A stretch of 64,000 nt of DNA from Gammaproteobacteria bacterium (GTDB taxonomy: Bacteria > Pseudomonadota > Gammaproteobacteria > DRLM01): contig JARRQJ010000003.1 in assembly GCA_037381915.1 (NCBI GenBank), positions 71,794 through 135,793 on the forward strand. The letters run 5' to 3'. Positions 32,944 to 43,084 of the stretch are shown one piece after another (position 1 is the stretch's first letter; each line of letters starts with the position of its first letter). The notes under the pieces are model-generated. The model saw only the letters and a program-made list of their open reading frames with translations, did no database searches and was not told where the DNA came from. A program made the translations under genes and the position numbers.

Positions 32944-33196
32944 TGGCCAGTTGCTGATCGGTGGGGGTCATGCGACCCATGACATATTCAAATAACAGGG
33001 AATCGGGATAATTCAACAAGGTTTCGAAGGCGCGCCGCTCCTCGGGCGTCGCCTGCTGATATTGATGGTCCAAAAAGGCTTGCAGCACCAGGTCCAGTTC
33101 CAACATCCCGCGCCGGCATTGCCAGTATAGCCGGGCGCGGTGGGTAGCATCATTCTGACCGCCGTTGGTTCGAGCGCCGCCGAATCTCGCCGTCAT
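32906..33196 (-). CDS. sdhE: FAD assembly factor SdhE (YgfY/DUF339)
   Basis: RARLYWQCRRGMLELDLVL..F motif (the SdhE RGxxE region); start choice between two Mets uncertain. Confidence 0.8.
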   Translation of the reverse strand: MTARFGGARTNGGQNDATHRARLYWQCRRGMLELDLVLQAFLDHQYQQATPEERRAFETLLNYPDSLLFEYVMGRMTPTDQQLANVVVRLRSPTAA

Positions 33197-33223
33197 CCGC
33201 CATTTCTCCTCGTCTGGCATTAT

Positions 33224-33919
33224 TTATATCAGATGCTTCAACATCAGCTCCTTTATGCTGCCAATCGCCTTGGTGGGATTCAAGCCCTTGGGACATACAT
33301 CAACACAATTCATGATGGTATGGCAACGAAACAGCCGATAGGGTCCTTCCAGTTCGGCGAGCCGCTCCGCGGTGGCCTGATCACGGCTGTCCGCCAAGAA
33401 TCGGTACGACTGCAACAGGGCCGCCGGGCCGCGGAATTTATCCGGATTCCACCAGAATGACGGACAAGAGGTGGAACAACAGGCGCACAGGATACACTCG
33501 TAAAGCCCGTCCAGCTTATCGCGCTCCCCTGGACTCTGCCGGTATTCCATTTCCGGTTCGGGATCGTGAACCGTGAGCCACGGCTTTACGGACCGGTACT
33601 GGTGATAGAACTGGCTCAGGTCAACTACCAGATCACGGATGACCGGCATGCCCGGCAAGGGACGGATCGTCACCGGTTCCTTCAGACCGGCCAGCGGGGT
33701 GATGCAGGACAAGCCGTTACGACCGTTGATATTGAGCCCGTCCGAACCGCACACGCCTTCCCCGCAGGAATGGCGAAAGCTCAAGGTCTCGTCCTGCTGT
33801 TTGATCTTGAGCAGCGCGTCCAGCAACATCATGCCCGGCGCCACCTCGGCCAGCTCGAAGTCCTGCATCCTGGGCCCGTCATCGGTTTCAGGATTGTAAC
33901 GATATATAGAAAAGCGCAT
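33224..33919 (-). CDS. sdhB: Succinate dehydrogenase iron-sulfur subunit
   Basis: 231 aa; 2Fe-2S and 4Fe-4S Cys clusters (CGEGVCGSDGLNING, CILCACCSTSC, CHTIMNCVDVCPKG). Confidence 0.95.
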   Translation of the reverse strand: MRFSIYRYNPETDDGPRMQDFELAEVAPGMMLLDALLKIKQQDETLSFRHSCGEGVCGSDGLNINGRNGLSCITPLAGLKEPVTIRPLPGMPVIRDLVVDLSQFYHQYRSVKPWLTVHDPEPEMEYRQSPGERDKLDGLYECILCACCSTSCPSFWWNPDKFRGPAALLQSYRFLADSRDQATAERLAELEGPYRLFRCHTIMNCVDVCPKGLNPTKAIGSIKELMLKHLI

Positions 33920-33961
33920 GCCTTCTCCACAAAGCTCGAAAGCCGACCACTATTGGCTTAA

Positions 33962-35731
33962 TCAGTACACCCGCACCTTCGGTGGAAACGGCTCTACTGT
34001 TAGCGGCTGAACCCGCACCGGTTTGTAGTCCAGACGACCACCTTCCTTGAAATAGAGGCTGTGCCTCATCCAGCGTTCGTCGTCACGTTCCGGATAATCG
34101 ATCCGGCTGTGGGCGCCACGGCTCTCGGTGCGCGCCAAGGCCGAGGTGATAGTTGCCAGGGCGACATCCATGAGATTCTCCAGCTCCAGAGCCTCGATGC
34201 GGGCGGTGTTGAATATCTTGCTGTGGTCCTTGAGCCGCGCCTGCTGTAGGCGGTGCTCCAGTTCCTTGACTTTCGCCAGGCCTTCCCGCAGGACGTCCTC
34301 TTTGCGAAATACCCCGCAATAATGCTCCATGGCGCGTTGCAGGCCATCGCGCAGCTCGGCCACCGACTCACCTTCACCCCGCCGCTCCCAGCGCGCCAGG
34401 CGTTCCAGGGCATAATCGATCCCCCGGTCGAACATCGGCCGATGATAGCGCTGGCCACGGAGACCCTCGATGATGCGGTTACCCGCCGCGCGGCCGAATA
34501 CCACAATGTCCAGTAAGGAATTGCCGCCAAGACGGTTGGCACCGTGCACCGATACGCAGGCGCACTCGCCGACGGCGAACAGGCCGGGCACGGCCTCTTC
34601 ACCGCCGCCACCGAGCGTGACCACCTCACCGTAGCGATTGGTGGGAATGCCCCCCATGGTGTAATGAGCGGTGGGAAATACCGGCACCGGCCGCTTGCTG
34701 GGATCGATGTGCAAGAATGTACGGATACTGTCACGGATCCCCGGTAAACGTTTATTGATCACCTCCTCGCCGAGGTGATCTATCTTGAGCAGCACGTAAT
34801 CGCCGTGCGGCCCGCAGCCGCGGCCCTCGCGGATTTCGGTGGCGATGGCACGACTCACTACGTCACGGCTGGCCAGATCCTTGACGTGGGGCGCGTAGCG
34901 TTCCATGAAGCGCTCGCCGTCCTTATTGATCAGGTAACCGCCTTCACCCCTTGCCCCTTCGGATATCAGCATTCCCTTGCCCGCAATCCCGGTGGGATGA
35001 AATTGGAAGAACTCCATATCCTCGAGAGGGATCCCGGCGCGCAATGCCATGCCCATGCCGTCACCGGTGTTGATACGGGCGTTGGTATTGGTGCGGAACA
35101 GGCGCCCCACTCCACCCGTGGCGAGCAGGGTGGTCTTGGCCTCGATCACAACGGGCTCGCCGGTCTCGATCTCCAGTACCACCGCGCCGAGGATATAGCC
35201 CTCTTCGTCCTTAATAAGGTCGACGGCGAAGTATTCATCGAAAAAGTGGGTCTTGGCGCGGATGTTCTGCTGGTAGAGGGAATGCAAAATGGCATGACCG
35301 GTTCGGTCCGCCGCCGCGCAGGTCCGCGCCGCCTGATCGCCGCCGAAATTCTGGCTTTGGCCGCCGAAAGGCCGTTGATAGATCTTGCCGCTGTCCAGGC
35401 GGGAAAACGGCACCCCGGCATGTTCCAGTTCCACCACCAGCCGTGACGCCGCCCGGCACATGTACTCAATGGCATCCTGATCTCCCAGGTAATCGCTGCC
35501 CTTGACGGTATCGTACATGTGCCAATGCCAATTGTCGGGCAGGACATTACCCAGGGCGGCATTGATCCCACCTTGGGCCGCTACGGTATGAGAACGGGTG
35601 GGAAACACCTTGGAGACCACCGCAACGGTGGCGTCCGCCTGGGACAACTGCAGGGCGGCCCGCAAGCCCCCGCCGCCCGCGCCGATCACTAGCGTGTCAA
35701 ACCGCCGCCGTGGAATATCGTGCGCCGCCAT
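33962..35731 (-). CDS. sdhA: Succinate dehydrogenase flavoprotein subunit
   Basis: ATG at 35731 overlaps the sdhD stop (TAATG); FAD motif [14 protein letters not shown] and the covalent-FAD His region. Confidence 0.95.
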   Translation of the reverse strand: MAAHDIPRRRFDTLVIGAGGGGLRAALQLSQADATVAVVSKVFPTRSHTVAAQGGINAALGNVLPDNWHWHMYDTVKGSDYLGDQDAIEYMCRAASRLVVELEHAGVPFSRLDSGKIYQRPFGGQSQNFGGDQAARTCAAADRTGHAILHSLYQQNIRAKTHFFDEYFAVDLIKDEEGYILGAVVLEIETGEPVVIEAKTTLLATGGVGRLFRTNTNARINTGDGMGMALRAGIPLEDMEFFQFHPTGIAGKGMLISEGARGEGGYLINKDGERFMERYAPHVKDLASRDVVSRAIATEIREGRGCGPHGDYVLLKIDHLGEEVINKRLPGIRDSIRTFLHIDPSKRPVPVFPTAHYTMGGIPTNRYGEVVTLGGGGEEAVPGLFAVGECACVSVHGANRLGGNSLLDIVVFGRAAGNRIIEGLRGQRYHRPMFDRGIDYALERLARWERRGEGESVAELRDGLQRAMEHYCGVFRKEDVLREGLAKVKELEHRLQQARLKDHSKIFNTARIEALELENLMDVALATITSALARTESRGAHSRIDYPERDDERWMRHSLYFKEGGRLDYKPVRVQPLTVEPFPPKVRVY

Positions 35732-36063
35732 TAAATCGCCCTCGCCATCACCAGCAGCAGCCACGCCCCCATGGCGATCAGGCCCGCCGCAATCAGACTC
35801 AATACTGTGAGCCGTACCTTGAAGGAATGCAGGTAATCCATGGCGACATCACGCATCCCCACCCAGGCATGGACCAGCAGGAATCCAAACATCAACAGGG
35901 TCGAGATACTCATCAACGACGAAGTCATGAAACCTCGCCATGCGGAAAAGCCATGGGGCGTAACGGCGTTCAATCTGAACAGGAAAAACAGGAGATAGGC
36001 CGCCATATACACGGCACTGAAGCGTTGCGCCAGCCACGCCTTCAAACCATAGGCGCGCGTCAT
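35731..36063 (-). CDS. sdhD: Succinate dehydrogenase hydrophobic membrane anchor subunit
   Basis: About 110 aa, three TM helices; start ATG 36063 overlaps the sdhC stop (ATGA). Confidence 0.75.
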   Translation of the reverse strand: MTRAYGLKAWLAQRFSAVYMAAYLLFFLFRLNAVTPHGFSAWRGFMTSSLMSISTLLMFGFLLVHAWVGMRDVAMDYLHSFKVRLTVLSLIAAGLIAMGAWLLLVMARAI

Positions 36064-36446
36064 AACCACAACAGAATCCCGGCAATCATCACCAGCGACA
36101 CCAGGCTCCCTACCACTATCACCCATGCGCTGCGCCGCGCCTCATCCCGGTCCACACCGATACCCAAATCAATGAGCAGGACCCGCACGCCCGCGTACAC
36201 ATGGTGGGCCAAGGCCCAGAATATAACAATAACCAATAACTTAATCGTGACATGGTCAAGCAGACCTTGCACGCGCTGATAGCCGAGCTGGCTGCCCAAG
36301 GATAAATCCAGCAAATAGATCGCAAAGGGGATGCTGAAGAACAGCACGACACCCGCTATCCTATGCGCGATGGAGATTAATGCTGAGATCGGCAGGCGAA
36401 TGCGTGCAAGATCGAGGAATACCGGTCGATTATTTTTTTGTGGCAT
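36060..36446 (-). CDS. sdhC: Succinate dehydrogenase cytochrome b556 subunit
   Basis: 128 aa, three TM helices; N-terminus NRPVFLDLARIRLPISAL..SIAHRITGV typical of SdhC. Confidence 0.8.
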   Translation of the reverse strand: MPQKNNRPVFLDLARIRLPISALISIAHRIAGVVLFFSIPFAIYLLDLSLGSQLGYQRVQGLLDHVTIKLLVIVIFWALAHHVYAGVRVLLIDLGIGVDRDEARRSAWVIVVGSLVSLVMIAGILLWL

Positions 36447-36536
36447 ACAGTCCGTAGTCTAGACAACTCCTCCAGTTCGTCTAGTATTATGCCCCGTGCG
36501 TATGATTGCAATGGAAAAATTTACAGGAGATGCGCG

Positions 36537-37589
36537 ATGATGCTTCCTGAGTGGCGGGCTTTTCTCGAAAACGCCGGGGCGACGATCTTCGACGGACATG
36601 TCGCCCACTTCGGTGATCCGTCCACCGAGACCCGCTTGACCGCCAACGGGGAGGTCTTGTCCGACCTGTCGCAGCGCGCGCTCATCGCCGTGCGCGGCGC
36701 CGATGCGCAAAAATACCTGCAAGGCCAGCTGACCAACGATATTTACGCCGTCACCGAGGAACGGAGTCAGCTCAGCGCCCATTGCAGTCCCAAGGGGCGT
36801 GCCCTCGCCTGTTTCCGCGTCTTTCGCCGGGGCGATGCCATCTATCTGGCCATGCCCGAGACGCTGCTCGAGCCCAGTTTAGCGCGTCTGCGCAAATATG
36901 TGCTGCTGAGCAAGGTCACCCTGGAAACGGACACGGACCTGGTGCAAATAGGTTATTCCGGAGCTGGGGGCGATAGCCGTTTGCGCGAAATCATCGCGGC
37001 CGTGCCCGAAGAGCCGGATATGGTCACGCATGCCGACGGGATCAGCGCGATCCGCGTCCCCGGACCGCATGCGCGCTTTGAGCTGCTGGGTCCGCTCGCC
37101 GCCATCAAGGCCCTTTGGACTGAACTCGGCGCATACGCTACCCCGGTGGGTACTGGGCCATGGTCCTTGCTGGACATCCTTGCCGGCGTCCCCACCCTTG
37201 CTCCGGAGACCGCGGATAGCTTCGTACCCCAGATGATCAACCTGGATCTACTGAACGGCATCAGCTTCAAGAAGGGTTGCTACACCGGCCAGGAAATCGT
37301 AGCGCGCACCCACTACCTGGGCAAACTCAAACGCCGCATGTACCGGCTGCACTGTCCCGGCACGGAACCGCCGCCCCCCTCGACCGCCATCTACAACGCC
37401 GCCCTGCGCAGCGACGAAAGCGTCGGCAGCGTGATCGCGGCGCAGACAGCCCCGGAGGGCGGGATTGCCCTGCTTGCAGTGCTACAAAGCGAGGCGACGC
37501 ACCGTGGGGAATTGCGGCTGGCCCGCATCGACGGCCCATCCTGCACCCTGCAGGCCCTTCCCTATGATCCGGACGCGGCCGCCGGTTGA
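36537..37589 (+). CDS. ygfZ: tRNA-modifying folate-binding protein YgfZ (CAF17 family)
   Basis: ATG 36537 with AGGAGA RBS; GcvT-like fold; conserved KGCYTGQE motif; divergent from the sdh/sdhE cluster as in E. coli. Confidence 0.75.
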   Translation: MMLPEWRAFLENAGATIFDGHVAHFGDPSTETRLTANGEVLSDLSQRALIAVRGADAQKYLQGQLTNDIYAVTEERSQLSAHCSPKGRALACFRVFRRGDAIYLAMPETLLEPSLARLRKYVLLSKVTLETDTDLVQIGYSGAGGDSRLREIIAAVPEEPDMVTHADGISAIRVPGPHARFELLGPLAAIKALWTELGAYATPVGTGPWSLLDILAGVPTLAPETADSFVPQMINLDLLNGISFKKGCYTGQEIVARTHYLGKLKRRMYRLHCPGTEPPPPSTAIYNAALRSDESVGSVIAAQTAPEGGIALLAVLQSEATHRGELRLARIDGPSCTLQALPYDPDAAAG

Positions 37590-37794
37590 AGAATCTTCGA
37601 TTTGCGCAACAGCTTCGGCGTCCCGATTCTTCACCGTGGTCCACGCGTGTGCATCCTCGCGCCGCTCGCACACGAAGTATTACGCGGCCGAATTCACTAC
37701 GATTATGAAACGGCATCCGCCGCCGGTGCGAAGAACAAGCCCGCCGACAAAACGCCTCCATACAAAGGAATAGCGGCCCAATCTGCCGACGGCG

Positions 37795-39309
37795 TCACTT
37801 GTGCCGCATGTGGGGAAACAGCAAGACGTCGCGGATCGAGGGAGAATCGGTAAACAGCATCACCAGCCGATCGATGCCGATCCCCTCGCCCGCGGTGGGC
37901 GGCAAGCCGTGTTCCAGGGCGACGATATAGTCCTCGTCAAAGTGCATGGCCTCCTCGTCGCCCGCTTCCTTTTCCTCGAGCTGCTTGCGGAAACGCTCGG
38001 CCTGATCTTCGGCGTCATTCAATTCCGAAAAGCCGTTGGCGATCTCGCGGCCGCCGACGAAGAATTCAAAGCGATCGGTGACGAACGGGTCGGCATCGTT
38101 GCGCCGCGCCAAGGGCGACACCTCGGTGGGATAGGCGGTTATAAAAGTCGGATCCTTAAGCCGGTGCTCCACGGTCTTCTCGAAGATCTCGATCTGGATC
38201 TTTCCCAAACCGTAGCCGTCCTTGAGCGGAATGGCCAGCTTCTCCGCCGTGCGCCGCGCCCTCTCCAGATCGTCGATATCCGGCGCCGTCAAGCCCGGAT
38301 TAAAGTGCAATATGGATTCTTTGACCGTCATGCGACGGAAGGGCTGGCCGAAATCATAGCTCTCACCTTGATAGCTCACCGTGGTCGTGCCCAATATCCG
38401 CTGGGCCATACCGCGCAGCAAATTTTCGGTGAGATCCATGAGGTCGCAATAGTCCGCATAGGCCTCATAGAATTCCAACATGGTGAATTCCGGGTTGTGC
38501 CGGGTCGACAGGCCTTCATTGCGGAAATTGCGGTTGATCTCATAGACCCGTTCGAATCCGCCCACTACCAGCCGCTTCAAATACAGTTCGGGTGCGATGC
38601 GTAGAAACAGGTCCATGTCCAGGGCATTGTGGTAGGTGGTAAACGGCCGCGCCGTGGCGCCGCCGGGGATGACCTGCATCATGGGCGTCTCGACTTCCAG
38701 AAATCCGCGGGTGTTGAGAAAATCGCGGATAAAATGGATGATGGCGGTGCGCATGCGAAAGATATCGCGGCTCACGTCGTTCATGATCAGGTCGAGATAG
38801 CGTTGACGATAGCGCGTCTCCTGGTCGGCGAGCCCGTGGAATTTCTCCGGGAGCGGCCGCAGCGATTTGGTCAATAAACGCAGCTTGTCCACCTTGACCG
38901 ACAATTCACCGGTCTTGGTCCTGAACAACACCCCCTCGCCCCCCAGGATATCGCCTATATCCCACGTCTTGAACGACTCGTAAACGCCCCGCGGCAGGGC
39001 ATCGCGCTGCACGAACAACTGGATGCGTCCCGACATATCCAGCAATTGGGCGAAACTGGCCTTGCCCATCACACGCTTGGCCATCATTCGTCCCGCGACG
39101 CTCACCCGACGCGGATTCGCCTCCAGATACGCGTTGTCCTTATCGCCGTATTCGGCGTGCAGTTCGCCCGCCATCACATTGCGGCGAAAATCGATGGGAA
39201 ATGCGATGCCCTGTTCGCGCAGCGCCGCCAATTTGGCGCGACGCTGGGCGATCAAGGCGTGCTCATCCTGCTCCGCTTCGGTCTTGCTACGATCAACGCT
39301 GTCCGTCAT
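37795..39309 (-). CDS. lysS: Lysine--tRNA ligase (class II)
   Basis: 504 aa; N-terminal anticodon-binding OB domain, class II motifs 1-3; immediately downstream of prfB as in E. coli. Confidence 0.95.
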   Translation of the reverse strand: MTDSVDRSKTEAEQDEHALIAQRRAKLAALREQGIAFPIDFRRNVMAGELHAEYGDKDNAYLEANPRRVSVAGRMMAKRVMGKASFAQLLDMSGRIQLFVQRDALPRGVYESFKTWDIGDILGGEGVLFRTKTGELSVKVDKLRLLTKSLRPLPEKFHGLADQETRYRQRYLDLIMNDVSRDIFRMRTAIIHFIRDFLNTRGFLEVETPMMQVIPGGATARPFTTYHNALDMDLFLRIAPELYLKRLVVGGFERVYEINRNFRNEGLSTRHNPEFTMLEFYEAYADYCDLMDLTENLLRGMAQRILGTTTVSYQGESYDFGQPFRRMTVKESILHFNPGLTAPDIDDLERARRTAEKLAIPLKDGYGLGKIQIEIFEKTVEHRLKDPTFITAYPTEVSPLARRNDADPFVTDRFEFFVGGREIANGFSELNDAEDQAERFRKQLEEKEAGDEEAMHFDEDYIVALEHGLPPTAGEGIGIDRLVMLFTDSPSIRDVLLFPHMRHK

Positions 39310-39315
39310 TGCCTG

Positions 39316-40411
39316 TTACAATCCGCTCTTCAAGCTTGCTTCAATAAATCCGTCCAGATCGCCGTCCAGCGCCGCCTGGGTATTACCCACCTCGACGCCG
39401 GTACGCAGGTCTTTGATGCGGGACTGATCCAACACATAGGAGCGAATCTGACTGCCCCAGCCGATGTCCGACTTGCTGTCTTCCAGCGCCTGCTCGGCGA
39501 CGCGGCGCTTCTGCATCTCCATTTCATACAGCTTGGCCTTGAGCTGTTTCATGGCAGTGGCGCGATTCTTATGTTGCGAGCGATCGCTTTGACACGATAC
39601 CACGATACCGCTGGGAACGTGAGTAATGCGGATGGCCGACTCGGTGCGGTTGACGTGCTGTCCGCCGGCGCCGCTGGCGCGATAGGTGTCCACCTTCAAA
39701 TCCACGGGGTTGATTTCGATATCGATGTCATCGTCCACTTCCGGTGATATGAACACCGAGGCGAACGAGGTGTGCCGACGGTTGCCGGAGTCGAACGGCG
39801 ATTTACGGACCAGGCGATGCACCCCGGTCTCGGTACGCAACCAGCCGTAGGCGTAATCCCCCTCGAATTTCACCGTTGCGCTCTTGATCCCCGCCACTTC
39901 ACCGTCGGAGATCTCGATGATTTCCGTGTTGAAGCCGTGCCGCTCGCCCCAACGCAGGTACATCCGCAGTAGCATGTTGGCCCAATCCTGGGCCTCGGTG
40001 CCGCCGGAGCCGGCCTGGATGTCCATGAAGGCGTTGTTGGGATCCATCTCGCCGGAAAACATGCGGCGAAATTCCAGGGCTTCAAGGTGCCCTTCCAATC
40101 TGTCCAGGTCGGCAACCACCCCCTCCACCGTCGCCTCGTCCCCCTCCTCCTCGGCCAATTCCAGCAATCCGCCGGCGTCCTCCAAACCCGTGTCCAGTGA
40201 GCGGATGGTATTCACCACCTGTTCAAGCCTGGCCCGCTCCCTGCCCAAATCCTGGGCGCGCTCCGGTTTATTCCAGATATCAGGTTCTTCCAGTTCCCGC
40301 TCGACCTCCACCAACCGCTCACGCTTGGTGTCGTAGTCAAAGATACCCCCTCAGGGAGGCGGCCCGCTCCCTCATGTCGTCGATGCGTCTATATATGATA
40401 TTGATTTCCAT
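39316..40411 (-). CDS. prfB: Peptide chain release factor 2 with programmed +1 ribosomal frameshift
   Basis: Frame 0: ATG 40411 then [24 protein letters not shown] ending at an in-frame TGA (40339..40337). The sequence AGG GGG TAT CTT TGA C is the canonical RF2 autoregulatory shift site. The +1 frame continues [22 protein letters not shown].. to the stop at 39316. Contains the SPF and GGQ motifs. Confidence 0.9.
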
Positions 40412-40592
40412 AATGAAAATGTAGTTGCCCCATCAAAAATAGTTGGTGATTTTAGCACAACCGCCCAAGTCAGGCCTAACGTTTTCAAGGTGTTAATGCG
40501 TCAGCATACTACCGCGTGGCTTGCTTACCGGATACTTAATGACGCAGCGCTCTTACCTAAAGAAACAAAATGAAGGCTTGCCTTAATCCATT

Positions 40593-40612
40593 TTTGGGAT
40601 AGAATTCCCAAA
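40593..40612. promoter_or_regulatory. 20-bp palindrome TTTGGGA-TAGAAT-TCCCAAA about 82 nt upstream of cassette-1 gene A1
   Basis: Perfect 7-bp inverted arms; the same arms and spacing recur upstream of A2 (45098..45117); candidate operator for the cassette. Confidence 0.5.
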
Positions 40613-40693
40613 TACGGTTCTTGGCAAACCTGACAATTCGCAACCGTCGCTTCACGGTTCTTAATTGGTGGCATTAAGGTAAGGAGCATCATC

Positions 40694-42196
40694 ATGATGA
40701 CGCAACAGCAGATCGCGATCGCGGGGACCGCCCTTGCAATCACGCTGACCCTCATGGCTTGTGGCAGCGGTAGCGACGGTACCAGCGGATCCCTGTCTTC
40801 CAGCTCGACGACAACGACCAGTCAAGGCGTCATTACCGGCTTTGGCAGCGTCTTCGTTAACGGCGTCGAATATTACATCGGCAACAACACCGCAATCAGT
40901 GTCAACGGACGTGATAGGTCGGAATCCGACCTGCAACTGGGCATGTTGGTCACTGTGAAAGGCACCGTAAACCCGGACGGCAAGATCGGCATGGCGAACG
41001 AGATCACCTACGCCAACCAGGTGAATGGCGTGGTAACCGCGAACACCGTAAGCAGCGACGGCACCGGCACCTTGACGGTCATGGGCCAAACCGTCACCGT
41101 CACCGCCGATACGGTGTTCGACAGTAACGTCGCCGGCATCACCTCGCCGGACCTCATACAAGTCGGCAACATCGTCGAGATCAGCGGCTATGCCTCGAAT
41201 ACCGGTGACATCACGGCAACCCGCATCGAGGTGAAGGCCAGTTCCCAGACGGCTGTAGCGATGATAGAGGTGAAAGGCGTCATCTCGAATCTCGACACGA
41301 CCACTTCCACGTTCACCATCGGCGGTCTGACGGTCGATTACAGCGGACTCAGCGCCGCCAACCTGCCCAGCGTCGCCCTCGCGGACGGCCTCTATGTCGA
41401 AGTAAAAAGCACGACGACCTTCGATGGGACTGGCCCGTTAGTCGCGAGCGCGATCTATCTGGAAGACGATGGTTTCAAAGGTCATGATGGCCACGAAGGC
41501 GAAGGTCTCGAAGTATGGGGCCTAGTCACCGCGGATTATGCCAATGGCCAGTTTGAGGTGAACGGACGCACCGTTCAGGTCGATGCAAACACTCTGCTCG
41601 TCAACGGCACCACCGACCAGTTGCTGACCGGCAACCAGATCAAGGTCCGCACTCACTATGACGCCAATGGCAATCTGGTGGCGGATAGGATCGAATTCAA
41701 ATTTACTACCGCATATGAATTCCAGGGAACCCTGCAAGCGGTCGACACCACAGCCGGCACGGTCACGGTGCTCGGTAAGACCATCTACGTCAACTCCAGT
41801 ACTCTCATGATGGACAAGAGCAGTGACGCCATGCGTTACTTCAGTCTCACCGACCTGGATCCCAATAACTCCGATTATCTCGAAGTCCATGCCTATAAGG
41901 ACGCCGCCACCGGCAACTTAATCGCCACCAAGCTGGAACGGGAAAGCTACTCGTCCCAGTCTAAGCTCATCGGGCCGGTGCAAGCCGTTAACAGCCTCGT
42001 CGTAGCCGACGTCCCCGTCGACACCTCCACCGCGGGCATCATTCCCACCCTGAATGTGGGCCAGACCGTGATGATCATCGGCAGCTATAGCAACGATACC
42101 TTGACGGCCACGAAGCTTTCAGTGGTTCAGCCCCTGGCGTCGGAGCATGGCTTTGAAACCTATCATGACAATCATTTCGACGAACATATGAGTTAA
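40694..42196 (+). CDS. Modular lipoprotein A1 (500 aa): signal peptide plus lipobox, Ser/Thr linker, then about 6 tandem beta-rich modules of ~75 aa (recalls DUF5666-type modules)
   Basis: AAGGAGC RBS; N-terminus MMTQQQIAIAGTALAITLTLMAC-GSGS (lipobox LMAC); repeated motif ..G.I..h.....F.V.GQTV.V.A.T.F.......L..G..VEV.G.....G.I.AT.IE..; paralog of A2. Confidence 0.8.
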   Translation: MMTQQQIAIAGTALAITLTLMACGSGSDGTSGSLSSSSTTTTSQGVITGFGSVFVNGVEYYIGNNTAISVNGRDRSESDLQLGMLVTVKGTVNPDGKIGMANEITYANQVNGVVTANTVSSDGTGTLTVMGQTVTVTADTVFDSNVAGITSPDLIQVGNIVEISGYASNTGDITATRIEVKASSQTAVAMIEVKGVISNLDTTTSTFTIGGLTVDYSGLSAANLPSVALADGLYVEVKSTTTFDGTGPLVASAIYLEDDGFKGHDGHEGEGLEVWGLVTADYANGQFEVNGRTVQVDANTLLVNGTTDQLLTGNQIKVRTHYDANGNLVADRIEFKFTTAYEFQGTLQAVDTTAGTVTVLGKTIYVNSSTLMMDKSSDAMRYFSLTDLDPNNSDYLEVHAYKDAATGNLIATKLERESYSSQSKLIGPVQAVNSLVVADVPVDTSTAGIIPTLNVGQTVMIIGSYSNDTLTATKLSVVQPLASEHGFETYHDNHFDEHMS

Positions 42197-42261
42197 TATC
42201 CAGCTACGCAACGTAAGGCATGCTATAGAAGCGGTGATCTTGACAACCAGTTATCAATTGT

Positions 42262-43083
42262 ATGGCAACGGCACTCAATAAAGCCCTCTCAGCGGCGATC
42301 CTCAGGCTTCTCCGCCCTCTGGTACGCATATTGTTGCGCAATGGCGTTTCCTATAATGGCTTTGCTGATCTGGCGAAATGGATGTTCGTGGACGTCGCCG
42401 CCAAGGAATTCGGCGTCCCCGGACGTAAACAATCCGACTCGCGAATTTCTGTAGTTACCGGACTGACGCGCAAGGAAGTGGCGCGGGTCAAAGGCATTGA
42501 GACCCCGGACGACAGCGCTGCCGAACAGCAGTACAATCGAGCCGCCCGGGTCATCGCCGGGTGGTTGCGCGACCGACGCTTCTGTGCGCAGGACGGATCC
42601 CCCACGCTTCTCCCCTTTGATGGCGAAAACAGTTTCAGCGAATTGGTCAAATCCTACAGCGGCGACATGACTGCACGCTCCATTCTCGATGAACTAATAC
42701 GCGTCGGCGCGGTCGAACGCACTCAAGAGGGTATGATACATCTGCTTGTCTCAGCCTATGTACCAGTGGGCAGTGATGCCGGAAAGCTCCATATTCTCGG
42801 CACCGATATAGCTTTGCTCATTGGAACCATTGACCACAACATGCACGAGTCGCAACAACAACCCCGTTTTCAGCGCAAGGTTGCCTACGACAACCTGCCC
42901 GAAGAGGCTCTGCCCAAACTGCGGGAGTTGGCCAATGCTCATGGTCAGGCACTGCTGCAGGAAATCGATCGTTATCTATCTCAGCAGGACCGCGACATCA
43001 ATCCGGGCGTTGAGGGAACCGGACGCAAGCACGCGGGCCTAGGCATCTACCTATTCGAGGAAGATGTGCCCGAGGAGAATTGA
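42262..43083 (+). CDS. Cassette protein R1 (273 aa): soluble, uncharacterized, with an HTH-like segment (SRISVVTGLTRKEVARVK); paralog of R2
   Basis: About 70% identical to R2 by eye; no TM or signal peptide; stop TGA 43081-43083 lies 1 nt before the B1 ATG; C-terminal EDVPEEN codons encode the GAGGAGAA SD for B1. Confidence 0.75.
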   Translation: MATALNKALSAAILRLLRPLVRILLRNGVSYNGFADLAKWMFVDVAAKEFGVPGRKQSDSRISVVTGLTRKEVARVKGIETPDDSAAEQQYNRAARVIAGWLRDRRFCAQDGSPTLLPFDGENSFSELVKSYSGDMTARSILDELIRVGAVERTQEGMIHLLVSAYVPVGSDAGKLHILGTDIALLIGTIDHNMHESQQQPRFQRKVAYDNLPEEALPKLRELANAHGQALLQEIDRYLSQQDRDINPGVEGTGRKHAGLGIYLFEEDVPEEN

Positions 43084-43084
43084 C

